NCBI GenBank assembly: GCA_046563655.1
Contig: CM102283.1
Coordinates: forward strand, 9,796,001 to 9,860,000
Source: Yuukianura sp. NJ FZ-2021
Lineage: Eukaryota
Length of the DNA stretch: 64,000 nt
Reading direction: 5' to 3'
Both the position numbers and the translations under genes were made by a program. Positions 53,901-64,000 of this stretch are shown here, piece after piece; the first letter of the stretch is position 1, and each line of letters begins with the position of its first letter. The notes beneath the pieces were generated by a model. It made no database searches. It saw nothing but the letters and a program-made list of their open reading frames with translations, and was not told where the DNA came from.

Positions 53901-56900
53901 AGTGGCTCTGTTTAAAACCTAAACATAAGTTCAAAAAATAAAAGATTTTTATATCAATTTCTCAACTTTGTTTACATATTTTTAATATTTTCATAAATAT
54001 TTTCATTTTAGAAGTTGAAGGAGGAGGAGCTTAAAGGAAGTGACTTAAATTTTGTTGTTTTTTTGAAGGGCTCCATTGGGTTTCCTGGAAATCGAGGTCC
54101 TAAGGGCTCCGACGGATTTAGGGGGGCGTCGGGAGACGTAAGCGTCATTGAAAACTTTTTTTTAAATAATTTTATTATAATTTAAATGTTCATTAGTTTT
54201 ATTTTTTACCGGAATGGCATGACTAGAAAGGAGATAAGGGAGGTGAGTTGCAAACCTTCAAATACACGTTGATTAATATATACTAATTAATATAATTTAT
54301 TAATACAGTAATGTAGATAACGATATTTTTAAATTGTATTATATTATTTAAATTATGTTTTAAATTTGCAGAGCGTGGTGAGCAGGGTGAGAAGGGCGAA
54401 ATGGGGTTCAAAGGCGACAGGGGGTCAATGGGAGCTCAAGGGCCGGCTGGAAATGAGGTACTTTTGCTAAAAAGTGCCACACAAGTGTACTTGTTTAATT
54501 GAAAACTTTGTTTAGGGTATCGAAGGACAAAAAGGGAACGATGGTGGTAAGTGCTGCATAAATATTTAGCCTAGCAATTAATATGATTAACTCCCAATGT
54601 GTTTTGATTTTTAGCACGGGGTGAAACTGGCCCCATTGGTTTAACCGGAGAGAAAGGAAGGGTGAGTTTCAATTTAGTTTTTAGATTTTCTACGACTTGT
54701 TTCATTTTTTTTGTAAATTAAGTTGTGTTATTTTCGGTTTTAGATTGGGGCTCCGGGATTTCCAGGGTAAGTTTTTCCTAAAAAAACCTCTCAACTTGTG
54801 AAAACTTGGGAAATGGTAATATTTTGTGATATTTTAATATTAAAAATATATTAATATTTTTAGGTATCCTGGTCCCCCGGGGGAGGTAAGTGAATGAGCA
54901 GAATGCTGGCAAATACTTGGGAAGTACTTTAAAGTTTCATTTCATTTCATGAAGAAAGGGGACAAAGGGACCGAAGGCCGGTAAGAAACTTTGCTTAAAC
55001 TGAACAATTTTTTTTTAAAGTAGCCTTGCCCTAACAGGTTTGCACTTTGTTTCTAGACCTGGACTAGCTGGCGAGAAAGGAGAACGGGTAAGTTGAACTG
55101 GAGTGATTTATATATAAGTGCAATATAAATAGATAAATATAAAATATTTAAATATTTTGATTGCAGGGTTTGATTGGTGGGATCGGAGAAAGGGGAGAAA
55201 TTGGGCCCACCGGCTATCGAGGGCTCCGCGGGAAGCGTGGAAGGTGCAATTGTTTATTTTAATCTTTCATTTCGACCTCTTTAAACAGAAAATTGGTTTT
55301 GCGTATTGCAGAGATGGAAATCCTGGACCTAAGGGGTAAATTTTTTTAGTAAGTTCTAAATTTTGTAAAGTTTTACATAAAAATAGTTTTGTTTGAAGGG
55401 ATACTGGGCAACCCGGACTGAGCGGGTTACCCGGAGAAAGAGGAATGCCAGGTCGTGAAGGTTCGGATGACTTTCAAAGATGCTTTAGCTTTCTACATGG
55501 ACTTGGACTTGATGAAAGCCAAAAACTTTTTGTATTTAGGTATTCGAGGTTTTGTCGGGGAGGCTGGCCAACCAGGATTGTCAGGTTTGAAGCTTTTAGT
55601 TCAAAATCAAACTCAAAAAACCACACTGACTCCTAAATGTTTTGATTTTTGAATCCTTTTTAAACGTTTTTAACAGGGAAAGATGGAATAGTGGGTCCAC
55701 CAGGAGAAAGAGGGCCAGAGGTAAGATGAAGCTGGAATTCAAATCCACTTGATCATAGCGTAGTAGGTAATATGGTCGAAATCATTTGGTCGGAAGTAAA
55801 AAGATGGAAAATCGAATGTCTTGACCATTTCCTCTTGCGAGCTTTTTATTTCAGATCAAATTAGCTTTCGACCTTTTTGTATTCCGATCTTTTTTGAATT
55901 TCGACCATTTCACTTCCAAGCTTTTCACTTTTCGACCTTTTTACTTCCGGCCTCATTACCTGCGACCAAATTATTTGGACCATATTACATGGAATGGAGC
56001 ATAAACATGGTTTATTTTTTTTTTGTAGGGGTCACCGGGTCAAATTGGGCCCCCAGGACCCCCCGGAGTTGCTGGAGTTTCTGGAAAAGACGGGGAACAA
56101 GGCCTGGAATTTTAAAAACTAAGATAAGTGCTTTTTAACTAACTTTTGTTGTGGTTTGTGACTTAGGACCAATGGGTCCGAGCGGCGAAAGTGGAAATCA
56201 AGGGCCCCCTGGGGAGCCTGGGCTGCCAGGGACTGCAGGACAACCGGGGCAAGTCGGTCCTGCGGGGCCGATTGGAAAATCCGGCACAAATGGACCCCCA
56301 GGTTCGTACTTTCAAAATGATTTCCAATTTTTACACAAACTATTCTCGAAATGAAACTTTTTGAAGGTTTGCCGGGTTTTCCTGGGGAGAGGGGACACGC
56401 CGGGCTTCCAGTAAGAGAAGTTAAGTTTACGTTTTTAATTTTAACAAGATTCCTTAGTCATTTGAGCTTTTTAGGGCATGCCTGGGCTGAAAGGCGAAGC
56501 GTAAGTGTAAATTTAAAGAAATATTTAACATTGTGCATGAGATACGTTACAAAAATTGTGTGATTTCAGCGGAGCTCATGGTCCAGCTGGTCCAGTAGGA
56601 GACAAGGGAAGGTAATTGTTTTTAAAATTTAAAACTTTATGAAAATTTTAAGAAACTTAACATTCTTTTTATTCTTCAGTTCTGGCGAACCAGGAAAAGA
56701 AGGCAAGTGAATTTCTGAATTTTGTGGACTGAATTTATTTTCCTGCACTTTTTACTAATGATTTGGTGGAATAATTTGAAGGACCCCCTGGACCCGAAGG
56801 GCGAATAGGAATTCCAGGCCCTCAGGGACCTGGAGGCTCCAAAGGTTTGCAAACGAATTGGAAATTGATTACTTTTAGATTAATTTCTCAATTTGTGTTG

Positions 56901-59900
56901 GTTTTAGGGGAGAGGGGTGAGAGTGGAATCCAAGGAATTGCTGGGGTGGCTGGAATTGCAGGGCCAAGGGGTCTCCCAGGGGTTCGAGGGCCTAATGGCC
57001 CCCCAGGGGAAGGTACAAAGCTAACACTCTTTTCATTAGTTCAACCAATTCTAATTTTTGTAAAATGTTGACAGATGGAGACAAGGGTGATGCTGGACCG
57101 GTATGCAATGATCTGTCAATGATTTTAGCACGAATTATAAAACTTTTGAGTTTGTGCTTATTTTGATTTTTGTAGCCAGGGGAAAAGGGCCTCCGAGGAC
57201 TCAAAGGGGAAAGTGTAAGTTGAATGCACAGTAAATCATAAAAACATGATTGTATATTACGGAATGATTGTGACAGGGACCCTTAGGACCTCAAGGCATC
57301 CAAGGACCTCGAGGTATGAACTAAATTGTATTTTAACTTTAGTTTGTGAATTAATTGGATTAGTTTGATGTTGTTTGTAGGTGAGATTGGTCCTGTTGGT
57401 CCGCCTGGTGAGAAGGGGAGCAGTGGCAGTCAAGGAGTCAGGGGGTACTTAATGCTAAATATGCTAAAAGCGTCCATTTCTGTGTTTTTATTGTATTTTC
57501 TAAAGGCCAAAGGGAGAAAGAGGGCCAAATGGGCAATTGGGCCCACCGGGGCCGAGAGGGATGCAGGGGTAAGTTAACTTTAACTGTTTTCTGTGATCTC
57601 TGACCTCAGCTTTGTTTGATTTCAGAGTGCCCGGCCCCCCCGGTATTAAGGTATCTTGATTACACTTGACACTTTTAGTGTCAACTTTTGAAATTTTACT
57701 TTTTATTTTTTCTTGTTTAGGGAGAAATGGGAGATACCGGAGCCAAAGGACCGATTGGGTTGCAAGGGATTGCAGGGGCAGAAGGGCCTCCAGGTTAATC
57801 AAACTCATTTAACTAACGATAAGTCTTGACTAAACTTAAATCTAACGATTAATTCACGATTTGAATTTTAGGAAGCAAGGGTGGTGAAGGGTTTCCCGGG
57901 CCGGTTGGACCTGATGGTAATTTTTTCCCTTGATTCTTTCTAAAATTCTGAAACTTTGTTAACATTTTGTTTGCGTTTGTGTTTAGGAAAGCAAGGCCAA
58001 AAGGGGGAACCAGGTCCTTCTGGGGTGCCAGGCGAATCTGGTGAGCTGAATGCTTTAGAATTTAAAAAATTTGGTTTTGCGATATGTGTTTTTTGGATTT
58101 TTGCTAACTTTTGTTTGGATTAATTGAGGGCCGATTGGACTTCCGGGGAAGGATGGGGCTACAGGAATGCGTGGTGACGAAGGAAAACAAGGCCTCCAAG
58201 GGCCCCCTGGCCTCAGAGGTCTCATTGGAGCAGGTCCGAATTTGTAACTCCCACTAAATGGAATTTGTAGTAATTAAACTTATTAACTAACTTGATCTTA
58301 TTTTCTGTGTAGATGGAATGAAAGGCAACCCTGGATCTCCAGGTGAGTTTTGAACCAGTTTAGTTTTCAATTTCTGTTAGAACTTTTGGGGTTTTGTGAT
58401 TGGTAAAATATTTGTGTTTGTTTTTAGGATTTCCTGGACCCACGTACGTTCAACTTTGTTGTTAAATTAATTTTTTTTTTCAAATTTAAAAAAAAATATT
58501 TTTAAATTTTAAATTAAACTTTGTCTTACTAAAAACTTTTGCCTGTCCAGCGGTGAACCAGGACTTCAAGGCGTGAAGGTAAGAAGTTCCTACAATTTGT
58601 TGTTGACGCTTAATTTTAATTTCCTAATCTTAATTTTAATCTTAATCTTAATTTTAACATCCAATTCGTTTGTGAATTGTAGGGTGAGAGAGGAAGTGAT
58701 GGATTGGACGGAAAGATTGGGGAGCCGGGTAAAATAGACAAATACCTTTTGCCAAATGTGTTGAATTGTTTTCACACGTTGGAATTTTGTGAAGGTCCCA
58801 TTGGAGAGCCTGGACCGCAAGGGAAAGTGGGATTACCCGGGTATAAATTTTAATTCTTTTTAAACTTTGGGATTGATTTCTAATCAAAAATGTTATGTTT
58901 TGTTTTAGAACTGCTGGAAAAACTGGAATGCCGGGGCCTGCGGGTTAGTTGTGGTTAAAACAATTAAAATATTTTTAGTTTTTGCTAAAACTGAATGAAA
59001 CTTTGATTTTTCAGGGCCGCAAGGAAACACTGGTTTGACTGGGGACAAAGGTGACAAAGGGGGTGTAGGGCCCATGGGCGAAAGAGGATTGATTGGGCAG
59101 CAAGGTTTGCCAGGGCCTCAGGTAAGCAATTCACTACTTTCCATATCGGTAGTTTCATACTTTAGCTCAAATTTTCATTCTAAGGGTCCTGGAGGACTTC
59201 GCGGTGAGCCCGGCCCTGCGGTAATTATTTTTTTTTAATTCACTCAATTTTCAGTGTAACTTTTCTAATTGCGTTTTGTTTAGGGAGAAGTGGGGGCTCC
59301 AGGAAGTGTTGGACAAATTGGTTAGATTTTGAGTAAAAACTGGAGTGAGGATTGGAATTATTCACAGTTTGGTTTTGTTCTTAGGAAGTCCTGGCCTTGT
59401 AGGGCCAAGTGGACCAAAGGGGGTCAAGGGGGAAGTTGGAAAGCGTGGTCTCAAAGGTCATCCGGGTAAGTTTAGTAATTAAAAAGTATAATGCAATTAA
59501 ATTAATTAAATTAAATTTCTATTCTAGGCACCATTGGGCCCCCTGGACCGAAAGGAGACATGGGCGAGGTAACACTTTTGTCAAATACGACTTTCTCAAA
59601 TTGAAATTGCGTGATTTTTCAACATGTTTTTAGAAAGGAAACAAGGGAGACATCGGTCCACAAGGTCAGTATTTCAATTTGTCAAATTTTTATAATTGAG
59701 ACAAAATTTTAAAATTTTGAATTTGTTTTTAGGTGCGTCCGGACTTAAGGGTCAAATGGTATTCCACTTTTACAATCAAAACGTTCACTTTTAGAAGTAT
59801 TTGAATTGAACTTTGAAATTTAACAGGGCATTCAAGGGTTCAAGGGAGATAAGGGATCTGAAGGGCCAGGTATGCATAAATATACTCTCAAATTAATTTT

Positions 59901-61272
59901 GAATTTTGGATTTAATGGACATTTCTTTCAGTTGGTTCACCCGGCCCAATTGGTCCTGTCGGTCCAAAAGGAGGTAACAACTTCAGCACAAATTCTGAAA
60001 TTTGGGGAGCCCTTGACATCTAGTTCACCCAATTTGTCTGTTTTCAGTGGAGGGAATGACTGGAATCAAAGGGGATATTGGCCCCGTCGGATTGCCCGGC
60101 CCCGCCGGTTAGCCTTCACCACTTTGTAGTTGTAATTTAGTAGTTAACTTGTAATTTTAAGTAATGTTGAGAATTTGTTTATTTTGAATCCATTTACTGT
60201 AGGTCCCCCTGGGGAACTGCCGCTGTTGCCACCCGAACTTTTGTTCAGCACTTCCGGCGGAAGCAGTCCTGGACGAAAAGCAAGGAAGAGACGAGCAGCA
60301 CCCACTAATACTGCCAGTAGTACTGGCAGTAGTACTCCGAAAGTGCCTGACCTTGACCTTGACATTGACCTGGACTCAAAACTACAGGAAGTGTACACTG
60401 ACATCTACAACATGCGAGTGGAACTGGAGAGGACTAGGAAACCACTCGGCACGAGAGACAATCCAGTCAGAACTTGTCGTGATCTCTTCTATGGACATCC
60501 ACATTTCAGAGACGGTGGGAATCTAAAAGTTTTTAAAAAGTAAAAATCAACTTTCTATTTTGTGTTTTTAGACTGGTACTGGATTGACCCGAACCTTGGA
60601 ATGCCTGATGACGCCATCTTTGTCTTTTGCAATTTGACCAACTCGGGAGAAACTTGTATTTATCCAGAAACTAAAACTACGCGCCTCCCACTCATCTCTT
60701 GGGGAAAACATCCCGATTCCAAAAAGAAAGAAGTTTGGTTCAGCTCCTTTCACCAAGGCTTCAAAGTAACAATTTCATCAAACTATGAAAAAACTAAAGA
60801 ACTCAAGCTGAAATTTTAATTTTTGAAAATGTAGATAAGTTATGGATCGATTGGAAACGTTCAGATGACATTCCTCCGCCTGCTGCACGAAGAAGCCATT
60901 CAGAATTTTACATATCTCTGCTCCAAGTCTGTTGCATGGTACGACATGAAGGGAGCAACGTACGGAAATGCAATCAAGTTCCTGGGACACAACGAACAGG
61001 AATTTGGATACACGCAGACGTACAAACCAACTGTACTTAGAGACGACTGCAAAGTAAGTTTCATTTTAACAAAAAGTTATGCACTTTTTACAAACATGCG
61101 TATTTTTAATACTTTTGATTTTCAACAGCAAAGAGCAGAAGACTCCAAGACAATTTTCGAATTCAACACCAAGAAGACGAACCAGCTACCGATAGTGGAT
61201 TTTCTGCCAGTTGATTATGGCGTCGGAAGCCAAGCTTTTGGATTTGAAATTGGTCCGGTTTGTTTCCGCTAA
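47979..61272 (+). CDS. Fibrillar collagen alpha chain, clade B (type V/XI-like): signal peptide, TSPN/LamG domain, minor helix, major Gly-X-Y helix, COLFI C-propeptide; about 78 exons by manual count
   Basis: TSPN motifs [35 protein letters not shown] and [19 protein letters not shown]; dozens of Gly-X-Y exons, including [19 protein letters not shown], resembling COL11A1/COL5A1; furin site RKARKRR; COLFI motifs [45 protein letters not shown] and FEIGPVCFR. Confidence 0.93.
52173..53941 (+). CDS. PRORP: Mitochondrial RNase P catalytic subunit (PRORP/MRPP3), nested in a collagen intron; 2 coding exons
   Basis: Basic mitochondrial-type presequence; helical PPR-like region; Zn ligands CSSC and WHIPY...[15 protein letters not shown] catalytic motifs [27 protein letters not shown] and VSKDMMRNH. 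Intron at ~53194-53264. Confidence 0.93.
55767..55988. mobile_element. MITE-like non-autonomous element of about 220 bp in a collagen intron
   Basis: 26-bp terminal inverted repeats, gtaatatggtcgaaatcatttggtcg (55767-55792) and cgaccaaattatttggaccatattac (55963-55988), match at 24/26. Internal tttcgacc subrepeats. No clear target-site duplication. Confidence 0.65.
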
Positions 61273-61870
61273 ATTTTAGTATTTTAACACTTGAAAATTT
61301 AAACTTCTAACTTTTAATTTAACTTTTCAACATATTTTCCCCGGGAGTTAACTTTGGTTTCAGCGCCTGCGCACAAACAGTTCAGACTTTCACTGCCATT
61401 TTGTATAAAAGTTGAAACTTTGTCATAATTTCCTCACTTCTTTTAAAGTTTTCCTATTAAAATAAATTTGGCATTTTATTTCTTATAAAAAATACAAGTT
61501 GCTGAGCATATAATTTTCTCCACTGAAGTTGATTAGCAACTCTTGACTCAATTGACACGTTAATTGCAAATATTTGTTGTTCTGGTTGTTACAAAACTAC
61601 ATTTGAGAAGATCAGTTTGTAAAACAGATTAAGGGAAGAAGTTCTACTAAAAGTTCAATACACGGAAGGAGATTGGTCAACCAATTCCAAAATCACTCCC
61701 ATAAAATCAGAATTCATTCATTTCATTCTCATTTCCATACTCAAATTGGGGCAACCAACTTCCTTCCGGCTAAAAGTTGTGGACTAAACAGGTATGACTG
61801 GGACCCACATTCTCAATTTCAAATTTCAACTTATTTTCAAAAATTACTTTTGAGCCTCTTTTCATGTTTT

Positions 61871-63849
61871 TCATCCCCAGACTGACCACTGTGGTTTGAC
61901 GACATGCATGGGACCCTGGACTGGAGGGAGTTTGCGATGTGACTCTTTGACCTCTGTGACATGTTTGTGTGTCTCCCCATGTGTCTCTTTTGTCTTGTGC
62001 TCTTCAGTGACCTTGTTTTGATGTTGTTCATGAATGTGCTCTTTGTTGACATGGATATGCTCTTTTTGGTTGTGGTAGTTGTGAATGTGGTAGCGATGCA
62101 AATGGTAGTTGTGCACAATGTAGCGATGGAGATTGTGCTCATGCAGCACTTTCTGGTGGTGGTTGTAGCGGTGCAGCACTTTTTGATGCACGTTGTGAAC
62201 ATTGTTTTTGAGGGTGGTCGAAGGTGGTGGAGCACCATAAGATGGTGGAGGTGAACCATAATTTGGTGGGGGTGCACCATATCCTGATGGCGGGGGAGGA
62301 GGAGGACCTGATTGGTGCCCAATTTGTGGTGCTATGTAACTTGGCGGGCCGTAATTTTGTGCAGCCTGTTTTGGCGGGCCGTAACTGTTGAGAGAAATTG
62401 GGCCGCTTGGACCGAATGTTGAAGTGGGAGGGGGTGCACCATAATTTGGTCCTGCAGACGGTGCACCATAATTTGATGAAACTGGTGCACCATAATTTGG
62501 TGGTGGAGGACCATAGTTTGCTGAAATTCCGGGAGCACCATAACTGGAAGAACCTGCAGCGTCGAAAGCAGCCTCTCGTGGTGGATTTTCAAATGGTTTT
62601 CGAACAGCATTGTACTGTCCTTCTTTTTCTTGAACTGCGTTGAATTCTGATTTTTGTGGAACAACGTACTCAATTGACTTGACTGGAATGTTGTAGAAGT
62701 TCCCTTCAGGAAGTTTTTGTGTCGTCACTTGTTCCTGTTTTGGTGGTTCTGGTGCTGGTTGTTCGTAGGCGACTGGGTCAAGGTTGATGACTGGCGGAGC
62801 GTAGTTGTTGACCGGATAGCCATAGAGTGCTGGAGCTGGGAAGTAAAGCGGCTGCGCTGGCAACGTGACTGGCAACGCATTTTGCGGAAGTGGTTGCCAC
62901 CGAGTGGAGTAAGACAAGCTGGATGCTTGTGGTTTCGGTTCATTCACTTCGTTACTCGACACAGCTTCTGTACTGGACGGCGGAAGAGACTGTGCAACTG
63001 TTGTGCTTGACGGTGGTGCTTGAGTAGTACTTTTCTTTAAAAAAAAAAAGAATAAAAAAAGATGAAAATAAATGAAAAACTTTAAAAATTTTATGAAATT
63101 CTTTGGAACTGACAACTTGGACGACTGGAAAATAAGAATCATTGGGCAGCATCTGCATGATGATTGGTTCCAAAGCTTTTCCCGCCCGAGCTTCGAATGC
63201 AATTGACCTTTGGATGGTCATGGACGTAGGAATGGACGGGAAGGACGGAGGGATGGACGGCGTCAAAGTTGTGGACGTCGTCCCTGTGGACGTTGATGTT
63301 GGTGACGAAAGAGAAGTTGAGAAGAGGGTGACAGTTACCTACAGATTAAGCAAAGGTCAAAGGTCATTGTCTAAATATTTCCACCTTTTTGTTTTTAACA
63401 AGTGAGACTAATACTGTGAAATTGGGGATAATTACTGCGATTGTTGCGCAACGAGATCAGCAGAGTGTAAAGCACCTTCTGCCATTTCTAAAATCTTTTG
63501 TCAAAATGTGAAAACGTTCTTCAATTTTTCATCTTGGGGAAGATTGTAAACAAAAATGTTAAAAGTTGGCATTTGGGAACAACAAAATGAAAACAAAAGT
63601 TATGAAGCATGTTAAGGGATCAAAACTTGTTAAAATTTGTGTCACGTTTTAACTGATGGTGATGACGATTAGACAGCCACTGGTTTTCACTCTCAGTTTT
63701 TATACTTTCCAAATGAAAATGAGAGTCAACAGTTCAACTTTGCAACAAATTTTACAAAATCTACAAAAAAAAAAGTAACTCAAAATTTAGAAATTTTTTC
63801 TACTTACGATTATAGCTAGTCCGAACCCTCCAGGCTTCCTGTTAGCCAT
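61871..63849 (-). CDS. Secreted extensin-like cuticular protein with YGAPP/YGPPP repeats and a His-rich C-terminus; 3 exons
   Basis: Exon 1 63849-63808 (MANRKPGGFGLAII, gtaagt donor) joins VTVTLFSTSLSSP to make a signal peptide. Then Ser/Thr-rich sequence, about ten (N/S/G)YG(A/P/S)P repeats, and NVHNVHQKVLHRYNHHQKVLHEHNLHRYIVHNYHLHRYHIHNYH. Confidence 0.8.
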
Positions 63850-64000
63850 GTTGAATTTTAACTACTTTTCACTCTACTTTTTGTTTTTGACTTTGAAACT
63901 ACGCAAAAATATTTTTGTTTTGCGAACTTTTGCAAGTCAGAAATATTTTGGGCGTGCTAAAAAGAGAGATCAGAGTGGCTGGACGCCTTGGTTCGTACTG

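Overview
This is gene-dense, AT-rich eukaryotic DNA with short GT-AG introns, so the six-frame ORF track fragments most genes. I rebuilt exon structures by eye. The gene content (obstructor/Gasp, AA15 LPMO, YGAPP cuticle protein) indicates an arthropod. A springtail-like hexapod is my inference, not something shown. About 22 protein-coding genes are supported: obstructor-like, calpain, Gasp, TFIIA-gamma, membrane-anchored AA15 LPMO, MRPL57, septin, GDP-L-fucose synthase, asparagine synthetase, a CBM14/Pro-rich protein, CMC4, an unknown 104-aa membrane protein, NDUFAF8, PIG-M, a chimeric F-box gene, C19orf47, HTATIP2, SLX9, GTF3C6, ATG5, a fibrillar collagen with PRORP nested inside it, and a His-rich cuticle protein. 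The main observations are these. (1) A young chimeric gene: a near-identical inverted copy of the first three C19orf47 exons (SAM-like domain) is fused in frame to an F-box gene, head-to-head with its parent. (2) A tightly packed same-strand run, CMC4-smORF-NDUFAF8-PIG-M, with 40 and 29 nt spacers, looks polycistronic. (3) The asparagine synthetase has fungal-type motifs (candidate HGT) and a frame-compatible duplicated exon. (4) PRORP is nested on the same strand in an intron of a clade-B collagen split into about 78 exons, some as small as 7 nt. (5) A B-box-like motif lies at the 5' end of a TFIIIC subunit gene. All family assignments come from remembered motifs; no searches were run.
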